DNA from: a virus
Lineage: Duplodnaviria; Caudoviricetes
Strand: one strand, 5' to 3'
Virus record (IMG/VR): IMGVR_UViG_3300031994_000006
Span: 128,001 to 192,000 of that record
DNA length: 64,000 nt
Shown: positions 47,668-55,347 of the stretch, in pieces
How positions within the stretch are numbered: the stretch's first letter is position 1
Layout of the letters: every line of letters starts with the position of its first letter
The notes under the pieces: model-generated
Seen by the model: only the letters and a program-made list of their open reading frames with translations
Told to the model about the DNA's origin: nothing
Databases searched by the model: none
Made by a program: the position numbers and the translations under genes

Positions 47668-47738
47668 TGGTCCATGGTGTAACGGTAGCACGTCAGATTC
47701 TGGCTCTGGAAGTGCGGGTTCGAATCCTGCTGGACCAA
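47668..47738 (+). tRNA. tRNA-Gln(CTG), second copy
   Basis: TCAGA-TTCTGGC-TCTGG. Confidence 0.9.
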
Positions 47739-47760
47739 CGTTGCAGGGTCGCTCCCTGCC

Positions 47761-47831
47761 GCGCCGACGGCTGGTAAGCCGCGGTCCAGGACCCCAATCC
47801 TCACCGGGAGGTTCGATTCCTCTATGGCGTG
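47761..47831 (+). tRNA. Degenerate tRNA-like element (loop CCCCAA)
   Basis: T-arm GGAGG-TTCGATT-CCTCT, D-like CGGC-TGGTAA-GCCG, weak acceptor. Confidence 0.35.
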
Positions 47832-47921
47832 CAACTGGATATTTAAACGTTGAGGGCCGTGGAGGTCTTCGGTCCACCGGTAACCAGTCCGGCGTCCGGC
47901 CGTACGATAACGGCCGCATAC

Positions 47922-47992
47922 AGGCCTGTGGTGTAACGGTAGCATGCCGGTCTCCAAAACCGTCGGTCTTGGTTCGAGTCCTGGCAGGCCTG
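47922..47992 (+). tRNA. tRNA-Trp(CCA)
   Basis: CGGT-CTCCAAA-ACCG. Confidence 0.9.
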
Positions 47993-48148
47993 CTTCGTTC
48001 TGGTCACGAAGAGCGAGCTCCGTAAAGTTACCGAAACTCCGCCTGCGGCAATTCGCGATAGCCTGCAGACCGGTCACGAAAAGTAGGGAGGATGGGAGAC
48101 GTAGGACTTGAGAAAACCCTAACGTATGGTAATGGGCAGGACGATTAT

Positions 48149-48222
48149 GCCGGCATAGCTTAGCGGTCTAAAGCGCAGCACTCATAATGCTGAGATCGAT
48201 GGTTCGAATCCATCTGCCGGTA
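48149..48222 (+). tRNA. tRNA-Met(CAT), elongator
   Basis: CAGCA-CTCATAA-TGCTG. Confidence 0.88.
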
Positions 48223-48224
48223 CA

Positions 48225-48296
48225 GAGTAGTTGTCCGAGCGGTTTAGGTCGTGGTCTGCAAAACCACGCAGGTGGGTTCGACTCCCACACTGCTCT
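48225..48296 (+). tRNA. tRNA-Cys(GCA)
   Basis: GTGGT-CTGCAAA-ACCAC; U73. Confidence 0.9.
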
Positions 48297-48314
48297 CAAA
48301 TTAAATTATATAAA

Positions 48315-48387
48315 AAACGGTGTAACTTCGCGGGTGCGGAGCAGGGCCCAAAGCTCTGAAGACAGGTCCGAGTCCTGTACCCGTTTT
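48315..48387 (+). tRNA. Degenerate tRNA-like element (loop CCCAAAG)
   Basis: AAACGG/CCGTTT acceptor, CAGGG/CTCTG stem, ACAGG-TCCGAGT-CCTGT. Confidence 0.35.
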
Positions 48388-48392
48388 TATAT

Positions 48393-48476
48393 GCGCCTGT
48401 GGCGGAATTGGTAGACGCGCCACTTTGAGGTGGTGGTGCCCGAAAGGGTGTGCAGGTTCGAGTCCTGTCAGGCGTA
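48393..48476 (+). tRNA. tRNA-Leu(GAG)
   Basis: CCACT-TTGAGGT-GGTGG; long variable arm. Confidence 0.92.
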
Positions 48477-48481
48477 CATGA

Positions 48482-48558
48482 GGTCCCGTAGCTCAGCGGA
48501 TTTTCAGAGCATCAATCTTCTAAATTGAGGGTCGTTGGTTCGAATCCAACCGGGATCA
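48482..48558 (+). tRNA. tRNA-Arg(TCT)
   Basis: TCAAT-CTTCTAA-ATTGA. Confidence 0.9.
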
Positions 48559-48675
48559 CGCAGATACGGACTTGAGGACGTGGGTGAGACTCCCTTAAGT
48601 GCTCGGACGATAGTAAGTCCTTGAGCTGCCTGACAATAGTACGGCCCGAGTGATCATAGAGCCGGAAGTCCATTC

Positions 48676-48762
48676 GGAGAGTAAGCCCTGACGGTGATGG
48701 GTGCTCGTTGGAAGCGAGTTGGTGCGTGAATAGCGCATTCCGTTCGACCCGGATGCTCTCCG
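48676..48762 (+). tRNA. tRNA-Ser(GGA)
   Basis: GCTCG-TTGGAAG-CGAGT; long variable arm. Confidence 0.85.
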
Positions 48763-48773
48763 CATAAAATAAT

Positions 48774-48857
48774 GGAGGCTAAACCCTGACGGTGAGGGGG
48801 ACTGTCTTGAAAACAGATCGTACCTTCGGGTATTCCGTTCGACCCGGATGGTCTCCG
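48774..48857 (+). tRNA. tRNA-Ser(TGA)
   Basis: CTGT-CTTGAAA-ACAG. Confidence 0.85.
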
Positions 48858-48862
48858 CATTT

Positions 48863-48949
48863 GGAGGGTAAGCCCTGACGGTGATGGGGCATGTCTCGAA
48901 AACATTGCGTACCTTCGGGTATTCCGTTCGACCCGGATGCCCTCCGCCA
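48863..48949 (+). tRNA. tRNA-Ser(CGA)
   Basis: ATGT-CTCGAAA-ACAT; encoded CCA. Confidence 0.85.
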
Positions 48950-48961
48950 GACATAACATAA

Positions 48962-49210
48962 TTGATTATGAGCTATAAGGAAAAAACGTTTTTGTTTATG
49001 GTCGCTGTCATAATGATGGGCATTTTGCTTTATCTGAAGGATCAAAATGAAAAGCATGACGCAGCCTTAAAGGCACAGCTTGAGAAGGATATTAAGGAAG
49101 ATGCCGCTGAAAGGTGGAACCATGCCGTCGACAGTACCGTATTCGCCGGAGATCTGTGTATACAATGTCCGTACTGTGGCAGGATAATCAATTCAGACAG
49201 CTTCAAATAA
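48962..49210 (+). CDS. Small membrane protein with C-terminal CPYCG
   Basis: 82 aa, N-terminal TM helix. Confidence 0.6.
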   Translation: MIMSYKEKTFLFMVAVIMMGILLYLKDQNEKHDAALKAQLEKDIKEDAAERWNHAVDSTVFAGDLCIQCPYCGRIINSDSFK

Positions 49211-49306
49211 GGAGAGGTACCCAAGTCGGTGAAGGGGTCGGTTTGCTAAACCGATAGGTCGGGAGATAACCCCGGCGCGCGGGTTCGAGCCCCGCCCTCT
49301 CCGCCA
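49211..49306 (+). tRNA. tRNA-Ser(GCT)
   Basis: TCGGT-TTGCTAA-ACCGA; encoded CCA. Confidence 0.93.
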
Positions 49307-49309
49307 TTC

Positions 49310-49395
49310 ACCCCCGTGCCGGAATTGGTAGACGGGCTTGACTCAGGATCAAGTGGGCCGGAAGGCCCGTGCGGGTTCGAGTCCCGCCGGGGGTA
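49310..49395 (+). tRNA. tRNA-Leu(CAG)
   Basis: CTTGA-CTCAGGA-TCAAG. Confidence 0.92.
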
Positions 49396-49418
49396 CTTAA
49401 AAATAAACGGACTTGCTT

Positions 49419-49667
49419 ATGATAGCCCATGATCTGAAGACAATCGTCAAAGGACGCGCGGATCTTGACTGTGTCAGGAGCGGAGGCGTCGCAACATATC
49501 ACATCACCGTCGCCGACGGCAGCGTGTATACGCTTGATATCGATATGACCGACAGGGCGGACGTGGGCGCCACGGCGTCGTTCATGGCCCATTACGACAG
49601 GTCCGTCATACTCATGAGGTGGATCAGGCGCGCCTATGACAGGGGTGAGTTATACAGGATTCGCTGA
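49419..49667 (+). CDS. Hypothetical protein
   Basis: About 82 aa; DVGATASF...LMRWIRRA motif. Confidence 0.65.
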   Translation: MIAHDLKTIVKGRADLDCVRSGGVATYHITVADGSVYTLDIDMTDRADVGATASFMAHYDRSVILMRWIRRAYDRGELYRIR

Positions 49668-49673
49668 TATAAT

Positions 49674-49753
49674 ATCCCTGTGGCGGAACGGTCTACGCAG
49701 CCGTCTCAAAAGCGGTCCCGGAAGGGGTCCGGGTTCGAATCCCGGCAGGGATA
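49674..49753 (+). tRNA. tRNA-Leu(CAA)
   Basis: GCCGT-CTCAAAA-GCGGT. Confidence 0.9.
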
Positions 49754-49761
49754 CATATCAC

Positions 49762-49854
49762 GGCCCTACAGCCGGACTGGTCAGCAGGCGCGGGACTTAA
49801 AATCCTTGAGCGTATGGGGACATGCGCGTCCGGGTTCGAATCCCGGTGGGGCTA
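49762..49854 (+). tRNA. tRNA-Leu(TAA)
   Basis: GGGA-CTTAAAA-TCCT; long variable arm. Confidence 0.85.
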
Positions 49855-50104
49855 CGTTTGTGACTTCCGGGGTTTCCGGGCGTTAAACAGATAAATATAG
49901 GGCTGTACTTCGTACGGCCTTTAAAAATAACATTTATACAGCGAGATTTCCCGCAACGGACGCGCCTTTCGTAACGGCGGCCGCGGGGAGGATTAGATTC
50001 CGGTTTTGCTTTTGCGGAGAGACATGCCAGGCGCGTAGAGTTCTTAGCGTAGCGCGTCCGGCGGGGATCCCGGGTCTGGGATGATACGGCCGCAGGTTTT
50101 TATT

Positions 50105-50545
50105 ATGATGAGAAGAATTATTTTGGCTGTCCTGATGGCCCTGTCGTTTTCGGCAACCGTCACGGCACGCCAGGCCGGTAGCACGGCCGTAAAGAGCGGA
50201 GAGTACCCATTGCAGCGCGTCATGGACGCGATCATACAGGTGGAGTCACAGGGAAACCCGAGGGCGCACAACAGGAACGGCGACTGTGCCGGAATCCTGC
50301 AGATAACCCAGGTGCTCGTCAGGGAGGCGAATCAGATACTGAAGGACAAGAAGTCCAAGAAGAGGTATACGATGGCCGACAGGTATGACGCCGAGAAGTC
50401 GAAGGAGATGTTCAGGCTTATCCAGGCCAAGTACAATCCCGGCAATGACGAGGAGAAGGCGATGCGCCTGTGGAACGGAGGACCGGGATATTCGGTCAGG
50501 GCCACGGACGGGTATGTGAGGAAGGTACGAGCGAAGCTCAGGTAA
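50105..50545 (+). CDS. Secreted lytic transglycosylase/lysozyme-like (SLT) protein
   Basis: Signal peptide; AIIQVESQGN catalytic Glu, GILQIT, WNGG. Confidence 0.8.
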   Translation: MMRRIILAVLMALSFSATVTARQAGSTAVKSGEYPLQRVMDAIIQVESQGNPRAHNRNGDCAGILQITQVLVREANQILKDKKSKKRYTMADRYDAEKSKEMFRLIQAKYNPGNDEEKAMRLWNGGPGYSVRATDGYVRKVRAKLR

Positions 50546-50609
50546 CCAGAGAGCAGAGAGATCATGAGGGTTCGGCAGGTTAGGCCGGATCTTCATTTTT
50601 TGTCTAACC

Positions 50610-50681
50610 GCCCCGGTAGCTCAGGGGTAGAGCGCTTCCTTGGTAAGGAAGAGGCCGGCGGTCCGAATCCGCCCCGGGGCT
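50610..50681 (+). tRNA. tRNA-Thr(GGT)
   Basis: CTTCC-TTGGTAA-GGAAG. Confidence 0.9.
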
Positions 50682-50724
50682 CTTATTCAGCTGTGCCTTT
50701 TTCCGTTGCATGCGTTTAATGTAT

Positions 50725-51162
50725 ATGGAGAAGCATCGTTACAGTCATTTCGTCTATTTCTGGGTATCATATGTCGCCAGGCACAGGCTGTATGACCATA
50801 CTTCCAGCTATACGGATTACGGGAACTGCGTCGTCAGGCAGCCTGTCAGGCAGTTCGGCAAGGAATTCAACTCGGCGTATGTGACCGAGCTGCTGTCATA
50901 CCAGCCGGAGCATCTCATGAAGAGCAGGTTCTATGACGGCATATACGAGCCGGGCTGTGACATAACCGTCATATCATTCATGCCGGCGACTAAGGACATG
51001 CTTACCGACCTGAACAAGTTCGATGCGCAGAAATGGCTTTACTTCGTACAGAAGAATATCAGGGAAAAGGCCGCGGCCGGTCCCGGTGAATACTCGAAGG
51101 AGCTGCCCAGGCTGATGACCGATCAGCGGTTCCATGAACTTGAGATGCTATATGATAGATAA
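50725..51162 (+). CDS. Hypothetical protein
   Basis: About 145 aa ORF. Confidence 0.6.
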   Translation: MEKHRYSHFVYFWVSYVARHRLYDHTSSYTDYGNCVVRQPVRQFGKEFNSAYVTELLSYQPEHLMKSRFYDGIYEPGCDITVISFMPATKDMLTDLNKFDAQKWLYFVQKNIREKAAAGPGEYSKELPRLMTDQRFHELEMLYDR

Positions 51163-51165
51163 TAC

Positions 51166-51645
51166 ATGGAAGAGAAATTGGAGCCTGAGTTCCTCTGGCG
51201 TTATAAGGCGTGCGTATACAGGACGAAGATCGACGGCGTATCGGTGTTCCTGATGATATATCCGAGAAAGGACGAGGCGTACGGTCCCGACAGGATCAAG
51301 TACACTGAATGGGCAGTCACGCTGCTCATATCCAGGAAGCGCGCCGTGAAGGAATTCAGCTTCGACAAGCTGAACTGGAACAAGTTCGAGAACATGCAGA
51401 CGGGATCCGGCACTGTAAAGGGACTGCTGTATGCAAAGAAGGCCCTGACGCATTTCCTGACCGTGTGGCTTCCGGATTACAGGAAGAGCAGGACGGAAGC
51501 GTACAGGGACCGCGTATGCGTCTCCTGGACCGATAACAGGCGCCGTGACGTATACAGACGCTATCTGTCGGAGCTCGGCTTTACGGAAGGCAACATCGAC
51601 CGCGAGGCGAGCTCGTGCATGTATGTCGACATAATGAAGATATAA
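51166..51645 (+). CDS. Hypothetical protein
   Basis: 159 aa; DNRRRDVYRRYL motif. Confidence 0.65.
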   Translation: MEEKLEPEFLWRYKACVYRTKIDGVSVFLMIYPRKDEAYGPDRIKYTEWAVTLLISRKRAVKEFSFDKLNWNKFENMQTGSGTVKGLLYAKKALTHFLTVWLPDYRKSRTEAYRDRVCVSWTDNRRRDVYRRYLSELGFTEGNIDREASSCMYVDIMKI

Positions 51646-51660
51646 ACCGAAGACGACAAT

Positions 51661-52194
51661 ATGATTTACAACTATGATCTGGAGGCCGCGATAGCCGGGG
51701 CGCTGTCGGCCTCAAGGGATGAGACCGGTAAGGTCGTGGACGAGCAGGCGGCGCTCAAGCTGTCCGTACTGAGGATGATGAAGACCGCCGTGCAGGAGGA
51801 GCTCAAGTCGCCCAAGCACAAGGGCTCACGCACAGAGCTCGATGAGAACGAGACCCTGCAGATATTCTACAAGGCGATGAAGACGCGCCGCAAGGCGGCG
51901 GGCATGTACCGTGACATGGGCGCGACCGTCAATGAGCAGAAGGAGTACGCCGAGATTGCCGTACTCGAGGCCGTGCTTAAGGAGATTGAGCCTGACCTGC
52001 CTACGAAGGATGAGATATCCGCATTCATAACGGAGAAGTATCCGGAGTTCGGCGGCAATATCGGACTCTATATCAAGAAGGTCAAGGAGCTCTGGCCCAA
52101 GGCAGACACGTCGGATATCGCCGATATGGTCAAGGCGATGGGATCCGGTCCGGTGCCCGGGAAGACCCAGGGCGACTGGGAAATGCAAGGATAA
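51661..52194 (+). CDS. GatB/YqeY domain protein
   Basis: LSVLRMMKTA...KTRRKAAGMY...EYAEIAVLE...IGLYIKKVK helical YqeY pattern. Confidence 0.7.
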   Translation: MIYNYDLEAAIAGALSASRDETGKVVDEQAALKLSVLRMMKTAVQEELKSPKHKGSRTELDENETLQIFYKAMKTRRKAAGMYRDMGATVNEQKEYAEIAVLEAVLKEIEPDLPTKDEISAFITEKYPEFGGNIGLYIKKVKELWPKADTSDIADMVKAMGSGPVPGKTQGDWEMQG

Positions 52195-52196
52195 AG

Positions 52197-52228
52197 AAAT
52201 CCCGGAACCTCAGGTTCCGGGATTTTTA
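52197..52228. terminator. Bidirectional terminator between convergent genes
   Basis: AAATCCCGGAACC-TCA-GGTTCCGGGATTT. Confidence 0.75.
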
Positions 52229-52230
52229 TA

Positions 52231-53250
52231 TCAATCAGGACTCCATCTTTCCCATATGATTGTCGCGACGGTATCCGGATTGAACAAAATCAGGCTTTCC
52301 AGATCTTCATAGTTATACCGTCCGCCGCTCCAATGCTTTGTCTCGTTTACGATATCGACTATAAACGGATTTTCAGCCCCTATGTACAGATTGACCGTTA
52401 TGAAATTCGTCTCGATTCCTTCATCGGTCCTGTACTTTACGGGAAATCTCTCCAGGCTTCCGTAATACAGTTCGGGATATCGTTTATTCTCCTGACGGCC
52501 GAACCATTTTATATGTTCGGGCAGTATTTCGACCTTGTGTACATGATATCCGGTGGTGAGCCTGTCTGAGATTATCTTGGTCCATGTCCGGAATATCTGC
52601 TCAGGGGCCGGTCCGGCCGAGTCGACGGCATCCCGGGCGGACTCCTTCTTCCTGGCAGTATTGCCGGCCCTGAAGGCCTCATTGACGGGTTTCGGTACAA
52701 ACGGACATTCTGTCATGACAGGACTATCGGGATCCTCGATGATCGGCTCCTCATACATCAGCTGTCTTTGTATCTCGAACAGCGCCTCATGGAACTTCCG
52801 GGCGAAATTCAACGTACTGACGCCCTGACAGGTACAGCTGAAGTAGTCATAGGTCTGTATGCTGTCACCGCGGATTTCCATCCCGCCGTCGAATACGTCG
52901 ATTGCCATTACCCAGTCACACAGCTCGTTCTCATCCTGGTCACGCAGCCAGAAATGGACAGGTATGAACATCTCCCGGATCTCTTCATCATCGAAATCAT
53001 CCGGAATGAGTTCACGCTCTATCATCTTCCTGTAATCATTTTCCCGATAGAATACAAGACGGACCGAATCTGTGGTGATATGAACCAGGAAATTGAACAG
53101 GTTCTTTTCCAGCCATTTCCTGACGAAATTCCTGTCGAACGGTATCTGGATACCTTCGACCGCATTCTGGGCGGATTCCTTCTTACGTGCCCGGTTACCC
53201 GCCTTGAACGCCTCTGTCAGCTGTCCGTATATCCTGTCAAGCCTCGGCAT
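52231..53250 (-). CDS. Modular protein with 2 EAFxAGNxARKKESA linkers (putative head internal protein)
   Basis: MPRLDRIYGQLTE-AFKAGNRARKKESA; second copy VNE-AFRAGNTARKKESA. Confidence 0.75.
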   Translation of the reverse strand: MPRLDRIYGQLTEAFKAGNRARKKESAQNAVEGIQIPFDRNFVRKWLEKNLFNFLVHITTDSVRLVFYRENDYRKMIERELIPDDFDDEEIREMFIPVHFWLRDQDENELCDWVMAIDVFDGGMEIRGDSIQTYDYFSCTCQGVSTLNFARKFHEALFEIQRQLMYEEPIIEDPDSPVMTECPFVPKPVNEAFRAGNTARKKESARDAVDSAGPAPEQIFRTWTKIISDRLTTGYHVHKVEILPEHIKWFGRQENKRYPELYYGSLERFPVKYRTDEGIETNFITVNLYIGAENPFIVDIVNETKHWSGGRYNYEDLESLILFNPDTVATIIWERWSPD

Positions 53251-53253
53251 ACC

Positions 53254-53877
53254 CTATCTGAGTGATTTGAAGTAGTCGATGATTCCCCTTGCGTGCACTT
53301 CGGCGATCTCGTCACGGCCCTCATCGCTCATTAGGAATCCGACGTCCTCCCTGTTGTCATGGAAGAAGTTCTCCGTCAGACAGCACGGGCAATCGGCTCC
53401 CTTGATTATCTGGAAGTTCGACTCGAAATCGGGATCTTTGTCAGACCTGTCGGCCCTGAGAATCCTGGCGGGCGTATTGTCCCAGTACCAGTTGGCACGG
53501 TTCCAGATACAGGTGGCGAGTACGTCGGACCTGTTCTGTCCCCTCGTCGTGTAGACGGACCAGCCGTGAGCCTTCATCCACTGTCCGTTACCGGACGCGT
53601 TCGAGTGCACGGACACCATGACGCAGTTGCCGGCGCCGTACTGTGCACAGACGCGGTTGATGCGGCGTACGCGTTCGTTCAGCGATATGTCCTTCGTCTC
53701 AGGCACGACGATATGGACGTTGAATCCGCATGCCCTGAGAAGGGCTGTGGTCCTGTTGACGACGTCACGGGCGAACTCGGCCTCATGATACAGGCCGTCG
53801 GGCGAGCACTTTCCTCCGGTCAGGGGAGGCGTGCCGTGTCCGTTATCGAGTATAATACAGAATTTGCTCTTGTTCAT
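53254..53877 (-). CDS. N-acetylmuramoyl-L-alanine amidase (Amidase_3), probable endolysin
   Basis: LDNGHG, EAEFAR, SVHSNA, LTENFF zinc/catalytic motifs. Confidence 0.92.
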   Translation of the reverse strand: MNKSKFCIILDNGHGTPPLTGGKCSPDGLYHEAEFARDVVNRTTALLRACGFNVHIVVPETKDISLNERVRRINRVCAQYGAGNCVMVSVHSNASGNGQWMKAHGWSVYTTRGQNRSDVLATCIWNRANWYWDNTPARILRADRSDKDPDFESNFQIIKGADCPCCLTENFFHDNREDVGFLMSDEGRDEIAEVHARGIIDYFKSLR

Positions 53878-53887
53878 GATATTTCGG

Positions 53888-54163
53888 TTATACTGTCTGG
53901 TCGACGACCTGTCCGCCGAGTTTTGTTATCTGGTCGATGAGCTGTGCGCGCTGTTTCTGATACGTAAGCGTGAGCTGGTTCAGCCTGAGCTGGAGCTGCT
54001 GCACCTGCTGCTGATTCTGCTGCTGGGACTGGGCCTGATCCTGCGCCTGCTTAGCGGCCGCGGCGGCCTGCTGCTGGTTCTGGACCGGCGTCTGGGCGGC
54101 CGCTACGTTCTGAGACGCCTTGCCGAAGTTCTCATACAGGCGGACTTTCACGTTCTTTGACAT
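53888..54163 (-). CDS. Gln-rich small protein
   Basis: 91 aa, poly-Q/A coiled coil. Confidence 0.65.
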   Translation of the reverse strand: MSKNVKVRLYENFGKASQNVAAAQTPVQNQQQAAAAAKQAQDQAQSQQQNQQQVQQLQLRLNQLTLTYQKQRAQLIDQITKLGGQVVDQTV

Positions 54164-54241
54164 AATTATACTGGTATTTTCAGGGATATTTATCCGGGGA
54201 CCTGATAAATATCATTGCAATAGAAAAGGGTTTGAAAGACG

Positions 54242-54748
54242 ATGAATACCGAAAATACACAGGCCTTTGACAACGGCGGCAGGATCCTCGGATCCGTCGA
54301 CAGTATGTCGTATCTCCCCGGATACGGCAGGCTGAGCCGTCTGCTGCAGCGGTGGCGCAGGAGGCATCATACCGGTATCGCGGATCAGTGGGTGTCATTC
54401 GGTGCCAGGGCGTTCGACATAGGTCTCGCATTCACGAAAAACGACCGCGCCTATTTCAGGCACGGCCGGATATCATACTATACGGAGTCGGTCTTCGGCG
54501 TCATGCAGGAGCTCAATCTCCGCAGCGCGATAGTCAGGCTGACATACGAGGGACCTGACTGTCCTGAGTTCAATAAGAAATGGCACGACAGGTTCCACAA
54601 GATGTGCAGGATGCTGGAACAGATTTATCCGAACATACTTTTCTGCGGCGGATGCGACCGCATGGGGAACCGCCTCTATACCTTCAACGGTGACGGCCTG
54701 TCGGATCCGTCACTTATAGACTGGAATCTTAAGACGAGCAGGTTCTAA
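54242..54748 (+). CDS. PLC-like phosphodiesterase fold protein, possibly degenerate
   Basis: LGSVDSMSY (cf. GSHNS), Q..FGARAFDI, FRHG. Confidence 0.5.
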   Translation: MNTENTQAFDNGGRILGSVDSMSYLPGYGRLSRLLQRWRRRHHTGIADQWVSFGARAFDIGLAFTKNDRAYFRHGRISYYTESVFGVMQELNLRSAIVRLTYEGPDCPEFNKKWHDRFHKMCRMLEQIYPNILFCGGCDRMGNRLYTFNGDGLSDPSLIDWNLKTSRF

Positions 54749-55347
54749 CCGATCCGGTCACAGAAGCCGCTGTACCTGAGCCATTCGCTTCCGTATATCC
54801 TGTAGTCGTCGTTTGGACGGATGACTTCATATCTGATATCTTGTCTCTTGACCCAGTCAAGAAGACCTTGTGAATTGATGATCCAGATTGACGATATCGG
54901 TTTGATGAACAGTGATTTCGGAAGCTCGTCAATTCCGGGACAGTCGACTATATTCAGGTTGCCCGTGACATGCACGCGTTCCGGGAATGCCTTTAAGGGA
55001 AGATTCTTTATCAGCAGGTCACAGTCGAAAGTCAGGTCATTCGCAAGCTGTTTGAAATTCGGGCAGCTGTCGATAATCACGGTATAATAGAAATGCGTTT
55101 CCGGCGGTATTACCGTGAACTTCTCGTCATTCTCCATTACAAGTCCCCTGTTGACCAGGTATTCGCCCGATCTCGAATCGATGTCAGGCTTGATATTCGT
55201 CTGTTCTGTGAACAATTCGAGCATCTTCTCCCTGCCGGAAACCTGCAAGGTATCCACGGTACCGGCGGCAGACTCCTTCTTACGCGCCTGATTGCCGGCC
55301 CTGAAGGCCTCGGTCAGCTGTCCGTATATCCTGTCAAGTCTCATCAT
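54745..55347 (-). CDS. Linker-family protein with short LRR module
   Basis: MMRLDRIYGQLTE-AFRAGNQARKKESA; degenerate LRR units. Confidence 0.75.
   Translation of the reverse strand: MMRLDRIYGQLTEAFRAGNQARKKESAAGTVDTLQVSGREKMLELFTEQTNIKPDIDSRSGEYLVNRGLVMENDEKFTVIPPETHFYYTVIIDSCPNFKQLANDLTFDCDLLIKNLPLKAFPERVHVTGNLNIVDCPGIDELPKSLFIKPISSIWIINSQGLLDWVKRQDIRYEVIRPNDDYRIYGSEWLRYSGFCDRIG

Noticed and set aside
54152-54163. Fourth boxA copy (GTTCTTTGACAT)
   Set aside because: It is the reverse complement of the first codons (ATG TCA AAG AAC) of the Gln-rich gene, with no RNA genes downstream.
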